A DNA stretch of 58,804 bases from a virus (taxonomy: Duplodnaviria > Caudoviricetes), in the IMG/VR virus record IMGVR_UViG_3300046777_001311, positions 1 to 58,804 of that record; one strand, 5' to 3'. This document shows, in pieces, positions 1 to 9,410 of this stretch (position 1 is its first letter; each line of letters opens with the position of its first letter). Position numbers and translations under genes: made by a program. The notes under the pieces were generated by a model. It did no database searches and was not told where the DNA came from. It saw only the letters and a list, made by a program, of their open reading frames with translations.

Positions 1-113
1 TCTTCAGATACAGAATATTTCTGCATCTCTTGATCAATACGGTCTTGTGACCATCCTTCAATGGCCGCTGTTGCAGCTACATCAGCTGGCAAATAGTTGT
101 TGTTACCTTCCAT
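1..113 (-). CDS. 5' part of the gene downstream of portal (MEGNNNYLPADVAATAAIEGWSQDRIDQEMQKYSVSE...), truncated by the window edge; possibly scaffold/head-associated protein
   Basis: ATG at 113 a few nt after the portal stop; frame stays open to the window edge; position between portal and MCP in the permuted order. Confidence 0.55.
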   Translation of the reverse strand, partial: MEGNNNYLPADVAATAAIEGWSQDRIDQEMQKYSVSE

Positions 114-118
114 AGTTA

Positions 119-2428
119 TTATAAGTTACCTGATATTTCTACCTCTTTTTGCTTTTCTAAAGTTCCCTCTTGAGCAAGTTCTGCCATACGGTGTTGGTGC
201 TTCAAATCTTCCAACAACGCCTTTTGTTGGTATTCAGTAAGCATTCTACCAGTCTTAATTTGTTCAAGCGCAGCCTCAGCACGAGCCTTAGCCTCTTGAG
301 CCATCATAGCAGACTTTTGTTGCTCTTGAGCAGTTACTTGAATTGCTCTAAGTTTCTCCTCCTCCATACGTTTTCTTGAACGCTCCTCTGATAGGTTTAG
401 ATACCATGAGGCAAATTCCTCATTACCCTTTTCAAGCTCCTTCTCTATAAATAAGAAGTCACTCATTGTTATACCTATCATTCCACTCTTTCCTGCTTTC
501 ATTGACTCTGTGGCGGCTTGCAAAATAATGCGTTTACGCTCATTAGTTGGAGCAGATGTCATTGTTATCCCTAATTGCTCAAGAGTTAAGTCTTCAAATG
601 CGTTTAAAGCATTCATTCTCTCAGAGCCAATAATATGCTCGTAGTAATTCTGCACGTCTTTATCAAAGTGCATGTTAGTACGAGTTTTAAGAACAATCTT
701 TTTAGCCGCCTTTTCTTTCAATCTCATCAAAGCCTTCTTCAATGGATATAAAGCGTGATTGGTTGCGTCTACCTCAATTTGAGATATACCCAAACCTTTG
801 TCAGGATTATCAGTAGGCATAGCCGCCATAGCTGGAGTAATACCGGCTAAGTCCATAACCCTATTCATATCATCTTGCCAACATGTTAGCCACTCTTGTA
901 ATTGAGGACCGATACCACCAGGAAGTTCATTAATAGCATTGTATCCACCACCCTTATTTAAAAGGTCGGTCTTTGACTGAATGAACTGATTACCCGTTTG
1001 ACGACGAATACGAATAAGTTCTAATGGAGACATTTTACCAAATCCCATATCCATATTAGCTAATAAGCCAATATCAATGATAAGACCTTTAGGTGCTGCA
1101 CTCCATTTAGCGGCTTGCAATTTAATCCATGTCAACATCAAAGAATCAAGGTGTGGCTTCCATCTTTCAACGATAGATTTTCCAGGCACACGCTCAAAGA
1201 AGTAGGATAATACAACATTACCCTTCGTATCTCTCATCATATTCTTTTGTAAACCAAAATCGTAAACGAACTTAGTTCCAAGAATATGTTTTCCTTCATA
1301 TAAATTCTGCACGCATGTTACATCAGTCTTTCTTGTTCGACCATCAGCATACGGCTTTTTAATTTGACCAAACTCCTCCTTTCCATACACATATACGCCA
1401 TCCTTCTTTTGACGACCTGTATAGTACTCGTAATCATTTGCTTTATATTCAAAGTGAAGAACTTCAACAACAAAATCCTCCCAAATATATCTTCCAGTTA
1501 CAGGATCTTTTCTATTAAAGTTAAAGTCCTTATCGCTATAACCTTGAGTTTCGTAATAGATTCGTGCAAGATTTTCAAGGTCCATAGGTGTAGCACCCAA
1601 AGCCAAAAGCTTATCTTTAATGTCCTTAATTTGAACTCGCTCAATATGTCCTGCAAAAGCTGGCTCTTGTTCTTCATTCTCATCAATATATGCTGTTACA
1701 AATGATGCTGGATTTACAAATTTAACTCGTGTAGATCCATCATCCTCAGTATATACACGACCAACTGCAAAGTTTGTCTCAACAAGCTTTTCAGTAGTAC
1801 GCAAACGAATCTTATCCCAATCACTGATGTTAAAAGTATGCTCTACAATATCCTCCATAGCTGACTCCAATGGTAATTGGAATCCGTGATACTTCTCATA
1901 CATATTTAACTCAGACTCTGTACTTGGCGCCCAATCGTATATTACTGGCGGCAATCCAAGTTCAGCGCGAAGCGGATTTAGAATAGTATTGTCATAATAC
2001 ATTTTCCACTTCATATATTGCTTCTCGTGTTTAGCGTCTTTAGTTAAACATTCAACATTAACTTTATAGTCGCTAGACGAAAGAACTGATTTGATAACTG
2101 AAACAAACTTAGGCGCAGGACTTACAATCTCATAGCTTACGTTTGTATATGCTTTACGAGAATACTCTGTAAAGTTTCTATCGGTTTGATTCTTATCATT
2201 CTTAACTCCCAAAAACCAATCACGGTATGGGGCAGAAGATTGTCTTGCCTCAGAATAGTCAACCATCATTTGAAACCAACCGGTAGCACTATGACCAAAC
2301 AAAGTTCTACCGTTGTACCAACGAGAGTAGATAGCTTGGGCTACCTGACGTATATAGTCAAGCTGATTTTTTTGCTCTTTAGGCACATTGTCGGATGGAA
2401 ATCCGATTATTTCGCTGAATTTCAACAT
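119..2428 (-). CDS. Portal protein (crAss-like/flavobacterial podovirus type)
   Basis: About 770 aa immediately downstream of TerL; helical/coiled-coil C-terminus; ATG at 2428 preferred over TTG at 2437 because a TATATTTG promoter sits at 2435-2442. Confidence 0.8.
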   Translation of the reverse strand: MLKFSEIIGFPSDNVPKEQKNQLDYIRQVAQAIYSRWYNGRTLFGHSATGWFQMMVDYSEARQSSAPYRDWFLGVKNDKNQTDRNFTEYSRKAYTNVSYEIVSPAPKFVSVIKSVLSSSDYKVNVECLTKDAKHEKQYMKWKMYYDNTILNPLRAELGLPPVIYDWAPSTESELNMYEKYHGFQLPLESAMEDIVEHTFNISDWDKIRLRTTEKLVETNFAVGRVYTEDDGSTRVKFVNPASFVTAYIDENEEQEPAFAGHIERVQIKDIKDKLLALGATPMDLENLARIYYETQGYSDKDFNFNRKDPVTGRYIWEDFVVEVLHFEYKANDYEYYTGRQKKDGVYVYGKEEFGQIKKPYADGRTRKTDVTCVQNLYEGKHILGTKFVYDFGLQKNMMRDTKGNVVLSYFFERVPGKSIVERWKPHLDSLMLTWIKLQAAKWSAAPKGLIIDIGLLANMDMGFGKMSPLELIRIRRQTGNQFIQSKTDLLNKGGGYNAINELPGGIGPQLQEWLTCWQDDMNRVMDLAGITPAMAAMPTDNPDKGLGISQIEVDATNHALYPLKKALMRLKEKAAKKIVLKTRTNMHFDKDVQNYYEHIIGSERMNALNAFEDLTLEQLGITMTSAPTNERKRIILQAATESMKAGKSGMIGITMSDFLFIEKELEKGNEEFASWYLNLSEERSRKRMEEEKLRAIQVTAQEQQKSAMMAQEAKARAEAALEQIKTGRMLTEYQQKALLEDLKHQHRMAELAQEGTLEKQKEVEISGNL

Positions 2429-2434
2429 TATTGG

Positions 2435-2442
2435 CAAATATA
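2435..2442 (-). promoter_or_regulatory. Bacteroidota sigma-A -7 element (TATATTTG) for the portal gene
   Basis: CAAATATA on + strand, 7 nt upstream of the ATG. Confidence 0.5.
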
Positions 2443-2488
2443 TTAATCTATTACAAAATTACTATGCACTTTTTAATATTTATTCAAC

Positions 2489-4906
2489 TTAATCAAAAAA
2501 TTCAAGCAAATCATTCATTATACGAGTTGAATTTGCCTCCTGAATGTATTTAGGGAACGCACTCTTTGAGCCAAGGAGAGCCATACCTCCTGCTGAGAAC
2601 AAGTCATAATTGGTCATTTCGCTTGGGTCGTTAATCTCTAAACACTCCTCAAGAAGCTCTAAGTGGTTATCATTCTTACCAAACATTCTAATATAGTTCA
2701 TGTACTCAGTAAAGATTTGCTCCTTATCCGCCTCACCCGTATAACGACCAGGCGCAGGAACTAACTTTCCATTAGCATCAATGTCATTTAATAAATACCC
2801 CTCATAACCCCACTCTCTAAACTTCTCTATCACAATGGGTACGTTTCGTTCAGGATATACGTGTGCCCCAAATAGAAGGGCCAATTTTAGCATGTCCTCG
2901 CAATATGTATTACCATCATCAACACGAATATTGTATGTTACAACAAACTTATTTGATATCCATTGATCTAAAGGCTTTTCGGCATAGTCTGTACTTGGGT
3001 CATGCTTGTAGAATACAGCACCGCCACCATTAGACTTCCTTCTACCTTTAACGTCTCGGTTATTAAACTTAAACGGGTCACATCCAAGTATATACTTGTT
3101 TACAACTTCAGATGCAGGATACCAACTATTCTTTTCGGAATCAAAGTACTTCTTATTTCTAAAATCCTCACTTGGTAAATATGAAACAACATACTTTCCT
3201 TCAGGATCATCCGTTACAACTACATTACTTCCAAAGCCATTAGACCAATCCAATCTAACAGTTCTTGTTCTAAACAATCTATCAAACTTTAATTGATTTA
3301 TTCTGCTTCTTAATATAGAAAGGTCAAAGTTTGAGTTCTTACTTGCTTTAGAGGCGGCTTCCTGTAAAGTCCATGGGTTATCTCGAATCTCACCATTCAA
3401 ACGAAGGTCAAGACCCTTCTCCTCAAGGTCCTTACGAGTATTCATTAAGATTGTTTTAGCTCCACGTGTAACGATATTCCCTTCAAGGTTTCTGACTGGC
3501 TCCACTGGATCTTCGATGATAGAGATTCCGTACTCGTCCACACATTCGTCATACCCGTCGTATGCTGGTATGAAAAGCGTGAATAAACCGCTTGTGGTGA
3601 ATCCGTTTTCGTTTCGTTCGTCATAGTATGATGATTTAATTAGGTCAAAAAACTCCTTACCACCCCCTGCCTCAAATTCACCGAGGGTAGACGTAAACAT
3701 AGCTAATCCATTGATACGCAAACCTTGAGATAGACACTTTCTAACAACGTCCTGCCATCTTCTTGGTATTGACACCCCACTATCTCCGTGCTTACCACCT
3801 TCATCATCTAAATATGCATGAAGCTTCTGACCGTCAAATGCTCTTTCGCTAGATGCACGAGCTTCAATCCAACCATCATGACTGGCTATTCTATTCTGAG
3901 ATACACCTTGAGTTCTTGCGGCTGGATATGTGAATGACAACTTCTCTTTAGGAAAGTCAGTACCATCATGTGCCGGTTTATAGAAAAATGGAATCTTTCT
4001 CCACGGCTTAACAACCTTATCTAAATAAACGTCCTCTTTTGCCTGCCTTTCTGTAATAGATTGAATACCACCCTTTTGCTGTTTGCGTTCAGTGGTTATA
4101 CAATACAATACACAAGATGCTTGAGATGTAGCACCAATACGTCTACGTTTTGGAAATATATATCCATAGCATGTTCTGTAACCCATGTCAACAACATACT
4201 TTCCCTCATCAATATAGGCGGCTGAATATTTAGATGCAAACTCCTCGGCATTCTTAACCCTTTGGAAGAACTTCTGACGAATATCCCCATCACTTCTATA
4301 TGTAACTCTATATTTATATACCGCCTCTGTTGTTGTATAGCAGTATTTAGCAAAGAGGAATATGCGGCGATCCAAATCTCGATACCAAGGAAGTGAGTCG
4401 GGTCTGGTCTCGTTTTGAATATCCCAAAAATTTAAATAAACATAATGCCAACCATCTATATATGTTGGCTTACCATTATTGAAAAACCAATATCCTTGAT
4501 ATCGTCTTTTAATCTGTATTTGTATCCATTCAATCTCATTCTTATACTCTAAACGATTCTCCTCCAATTCAGAGTATATATCATCTTGAGTAACCGCCTC
4601 CCTCTTTTTCATTCTCTTCTTTCTGCGTATAATGTCTTGAATGTTCTTTAACTTTTCAGGTACTACCTGATGTTTAAACTTTTGATTCTTAGGGTGTAGT
4701 CCGTATCCATCTATTAATTGAACCGCCTCATCCCAAGACTTACCATAAAATGATTCAACCGAAGGCAGCTTAACCTTCAAAGTTTCAAGAACGGGATCAT
4801 CGCCATGATATACAGCGTATTCATCCTCCTTCTTATATATTTCATGATACTTACTAATTGCCAACTTCTGGGAATATTTGATTAGCTTTTGATTTTCCTG
4901 GTACAA
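2489..4906 (-). CDS. terL: Terminase large subunit
   Basis: Walker A-like KRRRIGATS, Walker B YLDDEGGK, RNaseH-like nuclease ILGCDPF and C-terminal YDLFSA; next to portal; true start may be TTG at 4864. Confidence 0.9.
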   Translation of the reverse strand: MYQENQKLIKYSQKLAISKYHEIYKKEDEYAVYHGDDPVLETLKVKLPSVESFYGKSWDEAVQLIDGYGLHPKNQKFKHQVVPEKLKNIQDIIRRKKRMKKREAVTQDDIYSELEENRLEYKNEIEWIQIQIKRRYQGYWFFNNGKPTYIDGWHYVYLNFWDIQNETRPDSLPWYRDLDRRIFLFAKYCYTTTEAVYKYRVTYRSDGDIRQKFFQRVKNAEEFASKYSAAYIDEGKYVVDMGYRTCYGYIFPKRRRIGATSQASCVLYCITTERKQQKGGIQSITERQAKEDVYLDKVVKPWRKIPFFYKPAHDGTDFPKEKLSFTYPAARTQGVSQNRIASHDGWIEARASSERAFDGQKLHAYLDDEGGKHGDSGVSIPRRWQDVVRKCLSQGLRINGLAMFTSTLGEFEAGGGKEFFDLIKSSYYDERNENGFTTSGLFTLFIPAYDGYDECVDEYGISIIEDPVEPVRNLEGNIVTRGAKTILMNTRKDLEEKGLDLRLNGEIRDNPWTLQEAASKASKNSNFDLSILRSRINQLKFDRLFRTRTVRLDWSNGFGSNVVVTDDPEGKYVVSYLPSEDFRNKKYFDSEKNSWYPASEVVNKYILGCDPFKFNNRDVKGRRKSNGGGAVFYKHDPSTDYAEKPLDQWISNKFVVTYNIRVDDGNTYCEDMLKLALLFGAHVYPERNVPIVIEKFREWGYEGYLLNDIDANGKLVPAPGRYTGEADKEQIFTEYMNYIRMFGKNDNHLELLEECLEINDPSEMTNYDLFSAGGMALLGSKSAFPKYIQEANSTRIMNDLLEFFD

Positions 4907-5525
4907 CAGCTTCTGGAGCGAACATCATATATTCTTCAGGTCTTATACCCAAGTTTTCTTGAGCTAAGAATTTAGTTATCTCATGCTCAAGAGACTTAGT
5001 TGTTTCACCCTGCATGAAACGATCTCTCGCATCACTTAACTGACGTCTAACCGTCTCAATGTTAGCTAAGTGATTCTTCTGGTCGGATGGATCTTCTGGA
5101 AGTTCAAGTTCAAGAAGATTATACAACATCTCCTCCGCACGTATCATAATAGCCCAATCTTCAGGCTGTTGTAATCTCAAAAATAATAAAATCTTTGCTC
5201 GTACATTAGAGTTTTTATTCAGAAGTATGTCATTATATGCTTGCGGATATGAACCATCTTCATGAGGTTCTACACCCAACTCTCTTAATGCCCAAGACTT
5301 TCTTTTATTTAACTGCGGATAAGCCTCAATACCGGGACTTCCTGGACTGTACATGAGTATTATATACCTCATTACAAAATCAGGCGTTATATCGCTCGGC
5401 AGGCCTATGGATTGACCAAAGATAGTAGCGTGCTGTGATAAATCATGAAATTTAAATAGAACTTGATCCGTACTTGGTATACGGTCAATCCTATATTTCA
5501 TTTTTACAAATTTACTGCTATCCAT
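4854..5525 (-). CDS. Hypothetical protein, candidate terminase small subunit
   Basis: 223 aa helical protein overlapping the TerL start; function inferred from position only. Confidence 0.45.
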   Translation of the reverse strand: MDSSKFVKMKYRIDRIPSTDQVLFKFHDLSQHATIFGQSIGLPSDITPDFVMRYIILMYSPGSPGIEAYPQLNKRKSWALRELGVEPHEDGSYPQAYNDILLNKNSNVRAKILLFLRLQQPEDWAIMIRAEEMLYNLLELELPEDPSDQKNHLANIETVRRQLSDARDRFMQGETTKSLEHEITKFLAQENLGIRPEEYMMFAPEAVVPGKSKANQIFPEVGN

Positions 5526-6240
5526 TTTTCTTAGCTATTATAGAGTGTGATTGGAAATATACAAAAGGCTCTAAAATTCTATTATAAGAAAACTCAAGGT
5601 CTATTGGATTTATTCTTCTCGTCTTTACAACCTCACCAATATTACATTCAATCTTCTTCCAATTAGATTTCAAAGGGAAGTTCTTTCTCCAATCATATTT
5701 TAAATCTCCAGATGGAGTATACACTATCTCAAACATATCAGGCTCATCTCCAACAAGAGATGTGTGGTCTAAAATAATAAATGAACTTGGAGACTCCTTC
5801 TGAACCTTTTTACAAATTAAATAGTCATTTAAAGCCAAAAACTCTTCACCCCTCTTTCTTAGAACAAGCTCCTTATACGGCAAAAGGAGTAGATTTATAA
5901 CCTCTCCATTTTCTTCATACATATAATGAAACTCATCCTCTTTGTTAGTCAAGGAAATCTTAGCAATCGCGTCCTGCGTAAACCAAACTTCATCTCCAGA
6001 TTTAACCTCAACAGGTCCGTCCCAAGAATAGTTTAATTTAGGCCAGTCAGCTTGATCACTAACAGATACAACAGTTCCGCATCTAGCAGACGCCATAATC
6101 CTAGACTCATCGCTTTTTGCTGAAAAACTAAACTTCTTTTCTCCAAGAATAAAATCTGGAGTTAATACGTATGGTATACGTACAATTACACGACCTCTAC
6201 CCGGTCTGATTTTTTCTACCTCTTCCTTATTCAGAATCAT
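5518..6240 (-). CDS. GroES/Cpn10-like protein, apparently two tandem GroES-like domains
   Basis: IRPGRGRVIVRI...GTVVSVS...VEVKSGDEVWF matches the GroES pattern; second unit ALNDYLICKKV...IGEVVK. Confidence 0.65.
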   Translation of the reverse strand: MILNKEEVEKIRPGRGRVIVRIPYVLTPDFILGEKKFSFSAKSDESRIMASARCGTVVSVSDQADWPKLNYSWDGPVEVKSGDEVWFTQDAIAKISLTNKEDEFHYMYEENGEVINLLLLPYKELVLRKRGEEFLALNDYLICKKVQKESPSSFIILDHTSLVGDEPDMFEIVYTPSGDLKYDWRKNFPLKSNWKKIECNIGEVVKTRRINPIDLEFSYNRILEPFVYFQSHSIIAKKNG

Positions 6241-6346
6241 ATAACTAATTATAAGTCAACATCTCACGTCATAATCCAATAACTTTATGTTTTTGGGTTA
6301 TTTCATAATTGTATTTTTGTTTTGCCTTACCTTCCTGTTCAGAATT

Positions 6347-6372
6347 GGCGTCACAACGGTGGCGCCTTTTTT
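6347..6372 (+). terminator. Intrinsic terminator on the + strand, opposite to the flanking genes
   Basis: GGCGTCAC-AACG-GTGGCGCC (one G-U pair, pairs properly only on +) followed by T6. Confidence 0.6.
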
Positions 6373-6374
6373 GT

Positions 6375-7253
6375 TTAATGATCCCTTAACTGAACAAAGT
6401 TAGGAATCAACATGTTTGCCATTGAACCATTTTCTGACTCAATGACATAATCAAAAGATAGTATGTAGCTGCCAATAGGTTTTGGAGGTCTACCCTTCTC
6501 AATATGATATCCAAATTCGCCATCTCCATACTCCTCCTTGTAGGCGGCTGTTCTAATGTGATGAACATATCTGTGCTTAACTGAATATCCTGATCTTGGA
6601 TTGTGTTCTAAAGATTCTTGAGAATCAATAACATGATATAGTTCGTGAACGTGACCCTGCCAAATACAATCAGCTCCAGATATCATTACCCCCATACGAT
6701 TGTTTTGGATAACACCCTTTGTAACAGGTCCTCCACCACCACTACCATGATAATATTTCATGTTAAACGCATGACTTGAATGGCTCTTATATTTCATTTG
6801 AAGTTTCCACCAACCTCCATAACCTCCAGTATAAATAGATGTCTTGTTCTTATAATTCATAAGATCAACAAATCTCTGAAGAGGGTCAGTCTCTGTATTT
6901 TTAATAATTGCCGTCTCATGGTTTCCATAACCAATCCAAGCAATGTTTTGAGCGTATGGACTCCACCAGTTAACAGCATCCTCTATTACGGCGTCCAAAT
7001 AATTATGTACATTATGTTCAGGTCTAATATCCTTCTTGCTTCTGCGAGGATCCCACTTACCCTGCATTAAACAAAAAAAATCGCCATTAATAACGATTCC
7101 CATATCCTGCTCTAATGCCATGTCTAAGTGTTTTTTCAGAATATCCCTTTTACATTTTGGGTTGTCCCAATGGATATCAGACATCATCAACCATTTTTTA
7201 TCAGAAGAGCATTCTGTAATCAAAATGTTTTTTTTGTACTTTGTAGTTATCAT
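6375..7253 (-). CDS. Calcineurin-like metallophosphoesterase
   Basis: Motifs SDIHWD, NGDFF, GNHE, YHG, GHVH. Confidence 0.85.
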   Translation of the reverse strand: MITTKYKKNILITECSSDKKWLMMSDIHWDNPKCKRDILKKHLDMALEQDMGIVINGDFFCLMQGKWDPRRSKKDIRPEHNVHNYLDAVIEDAVNWWSPYAQNIAWIGYGNHETAIIKNTETDPLQRFVDLMNYKNKTSIYTGGYGGWWKLQMKYKSHSSHAFNMKYYHGSGGGGPVTKGVIQNNRMGVMISGADCIWQGHVHELYHVIDSQESLEHNPRSGYSVKHRYVHHIRTAAYKEEYGDGEFGYHIEKGRPPKPIGSYILSFDYVIESENGSMANMLIPNFVQLRDH

Positions 7254-7549
7254 TAGTTGTATTTAAATTTACCAAGATCCTTTACATACTTTCCGTATGC
7301 TATAGAAATCTCTTTGGCATTTCCCTTCACTATTATGTAGTTATTTGTAATCAAGTAAAGCATTGACCTTCTTTCTGAGTATCCATTTTCACTTACATCA
7401 TGTGATATATATGAAATATCATCCATTCTAATGTACGATGGAACCCATTGCATAGACCTGGAATCTGAAAATTCCCCGTCAGAAGACACCTCCATAAGAA
7501 CGTAGCAATTCAAAAGACCATTTTCATCTATGAAGAAATCTTTACTCAT
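7253..7549 (-). CDS. Hypothetical protein
   Basis: ORF; start moved to ATG 7549 (MSKDFF) because the upstream part overlaps a terminator. Confidence 0.6.
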   Translation of the reverse strand: MSKDFFIDENGLLNCYVLMEVSSDGEFSDSRSMQWVPSYIRMDDISYISHDVSENGYSERRSMLYLITNNYIIVKGNAKEISIAYGKYVKDLGKFKYN

Positions 7550-7599
7550 GCTGGTAAATTTACTAAAGGTCACAACTACAATAACAAAATTGTTAATAT

Positions 7600-7625
7600 A
7601 AAAAATAAAAGGGGCCGAAGCCCCT
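7600..7625 (-). terminator. Intrinsic terminator after the SSB gene
   Basis: Minus strand AGGGGC-TTCG-GCCCCT followed by a T-rich tract. Confidence 0.85.
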
Positions 7626-7630
7626 CTCAA

Positions 7631-7984
7631 TTAAAATGGTAAATCATCATCACCTTCTGATACCGCCTCCTGTTTTGGCGCTATCTTGCTACTCTTTTGT
7701 TGAGGAGCCGCCTCTTTAACTTCAATACCATACACATTCAATGATGTATAGTATTTACCATTATACTCTTTAGAACGAATGTTAAACTTAATGTTTGAAA
7801 CATCACCAATAGTCGGCTTTGGAGTTGAATCCAAAGATTTTCCGCCTAACGTAAATGCGTAAACATCCTTGTAGACTGTTCCGTTAACATCTCTTTCTGT
7901 CTCGACAACGAACTCAACGAAGTCGAATTGTCCGCGAGTCTGAAGCTCGCTGACAGCTACCACTTTTCCTGTAATATTAAACAT
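7631..7984 (-). CDS. Single-stranded DNA-binding protein, DUF3127/OB-fold type
   Basis: ITGKVVAV...FNIRSKEYNGKYYTSLNVY core with acidic tail GDDDLPF; ATG at 7984. Confidence 0.8.
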   Translation of the reverse strand: MFNITGKVVAVSELQTRGQFDFVEFVVETERDVNGTVYKDVYAFTLGGKSLDSTPKPTIGDVSNIKFNIRSKEYNGKYYTSLNVYGIEVKEAAPQQKSSKIAPKQEAVSEGDDDLPF

Positions 7985-7999
7985 GTAATTAATTTTTAA

Positions 8000-8030
8000 C
8001 AAATATAAAACTTTATTCTACATTGTCAAA
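8000..8030 (-). promoter_or_regulatory. Bacteroidota promoter driving ssb (-33 TTTG, -7 TATATTTG)
   Basis: CAAATATA 8000-8007 and CAAA 8027-8030, 19-nt spacer. Confidence 0.7.
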
Positions 8031-8067
8031 TATTTTTTATTAACAAATACATTGTTGATAGATTATC

Positions 8068-8097
8068 TTGACTTTTTATTTTGTGATTGTATATTTG
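8068..8097 (+). promoter_or_regulatory. Bacteroidota promoter driving the replication operon, divergent from the ssb promoter
   Basis: TTG 8068-8070 and TATATTTG 8090-8097, 19-nt spacer. Confidence 0.75.
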
Positions 8098-8111
8098 CCA
8101 TGTCGAAAGGC

Positions 8112-8200
8112 AGTTAGAGTAGCAGCTAACTAAAGAAATTTAAATAGCCCTGTGATTTAGGACGTGTCTGCTACCACTCCTAAGTTACAGGGTTTATTTT
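8112..8200 (+). ncRNA. Structured 5' leader: two hairpins with complementary loops; the second is terminator-like
   Basis: AGTTAG/CTAACT stem with loop GTAGCAG (8119-8125); long stem 8146-8194 with loop CTGCTAC (8168-8174); T-rich tail. Confidence 0.6.
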
Positions 8201-8207
8201 TAAAACT

Positions 8208-8984
8208 ATGCAAAATACAGGTCAAATCGTAAGAGCTAAGAGTGAAAAGGATTTCACTTTAATTAGCAACAAGCTTCTTCAAGATTGTTCTATGTCTTTT
8301 GAAGAAAAGGGTATGTTAGTGTTTCTATTAAGCCTGCCTGAGGATTGGGTTTTATACAAATCAAATCTGCACGAGAAAACAAACCAGCCAAAGGGTACTG
8401 TTGATCGTGTTTTTAAGCTGCTTCAAGATAAGGGGTACATTGTAAGTGTCAGGGTAATTGATGAGAAAACAAAGGTTTTCCAAGGTTGGAATCATGTGGT
8501 TTATGAAAGCCCGACTACGGAGGATAGCCGACATCGACAAACGCCGGAGTCGGAGAATGCCGATATCGGTCAAACTGCCCCTATACAAATACACAGTATT
8601 ACAAATACACATATAAACAAAACAAAGAAAGAAAATATAAAAAGAAAGAAAGTTGATTTTGAGCCGCCTACTCTTGATGAAGTTAAAAGATACTTTATAG
8701 AAAACGGATACTCACCAATCAAAGGGGAGCAGGCTTTCAACTACTACTCAAGTTCAAACTGGGTAGATAAAAATAACAAGCAGGTTCTTAATTGGAAATT
8801 GAAAATGCAAATGTGGTTTAAGCCTGAGGATAAGATAGATGTTTCAAAGATGGCTTTTGAAGTTGAGAACCCTGAAAGCTATGAGGGTTACAACAAGTGG
8901 CTGCACGTGGACCCAAAATACACCAAGTCGCTGGACGAAAAAAATATATGGAGATACAAAGCAAAACCAATCGGATTTAAATAA
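8208..8984 (+). CDS. Phage replication initiator (replisome organiser/lambda-O-like architecture)
   Basis: N-terminal FTLISNKLLQD...SFEEKGML wHTH-type region; linker carrying iterons; C-terminal FEPPTLDEV...FNYY...NWK module; upstream of primase-helicase. Confidence 0.7.
   Translation: MQNTGQIVRAKSEKDFTLISNKLLQDCSMSFEEKGMLVFLLSLPEDWVLYKSNLHEKTNQPKGTVDRVFKLLQDKGYIVSVRVIDEKTKVFQGWNHVVYESPTTEDSRHRQTPESENADIGQTAPIQIHSITNTHINKTKKENIKRKKVDFEPPTLDEVKRYFIENGYSPIKGEQAFNYYSSSNWVDKNNKQVLNWKLKMQMWFKPEDKIDVSKMAFEVENPESYEGYNKWLHVDPKYTKSLDEKNIWRYKAKPIGFK
8511..8660. repeat. Putative replication origin: four palindromic CCG-N4-CGG iterons followed by an A-rich tract
   Basis: CCGACTACGG 8511, CCGACATCGA 8528, CCGGAGTCGG 8544, CCGATATCGG 8560 (spacing 17,16,16); A-rich 8580-8660. 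Confidence 0.65.
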
Positions 8985-8985
8985 T

Positions 8986-9195
8986 ATGGAAAACGCAAAG
9001 CAAATGGCAATCAATCTTGTAGACAGCCACTACAAAAAAATCACATCAATAGCAGATGATGATGCCGCCTACAAACAGGCGATAGAACACGCGCTAATCA
9101 CATGTGACACCGTTCTGGACAATACGAATAACCTACTTGTCCGAGAGAACTTTTTAATGTATCAAAAAATATACGAGGAGATTAAAAAATTATGA
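8986..9195 (+). CDS. Hypothetical protein
   Basis: ATG 8986 right after the initiator stop; coupled to the next ORF. Confidence 0.6.
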   Translation: MENAKQMAINLVDSHYKKITSIADDDAAYKQAIEHALITCDTVLDNTNNLLVRENFLMYQKIYEEIKKL

Positions 9196-9410
9196 CAACA
9201 CCGAGACAAAAGGCTATCGAACTAATTAGTAAATTAGGATTTCAAAGCGCCAAGTTGGTAGCCTCCAACATGACCTACGAGTTAGGATTATTAGCGCTAA
9301 CAGCAGACACAAAAGAGCATTCTGATGAAATAAAGGACAGAAGATTCTATTGGGACACAGTATTTGACATAATCAAAAAGGAATGGCATCAGAGAAAATT
9401 ATCAATTTAG
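9192..9410 (+). CDS. Hypothetical protein
   Basis: ATGA overlap with the previous ORF. Confidence 0.6.
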   Translation: MTTPRQKAIELISKLGFQSAKLVASNMTYELGLLALTADTKEHSDEIKDRRFYWDTVFDIIKKEWHQRKLSI

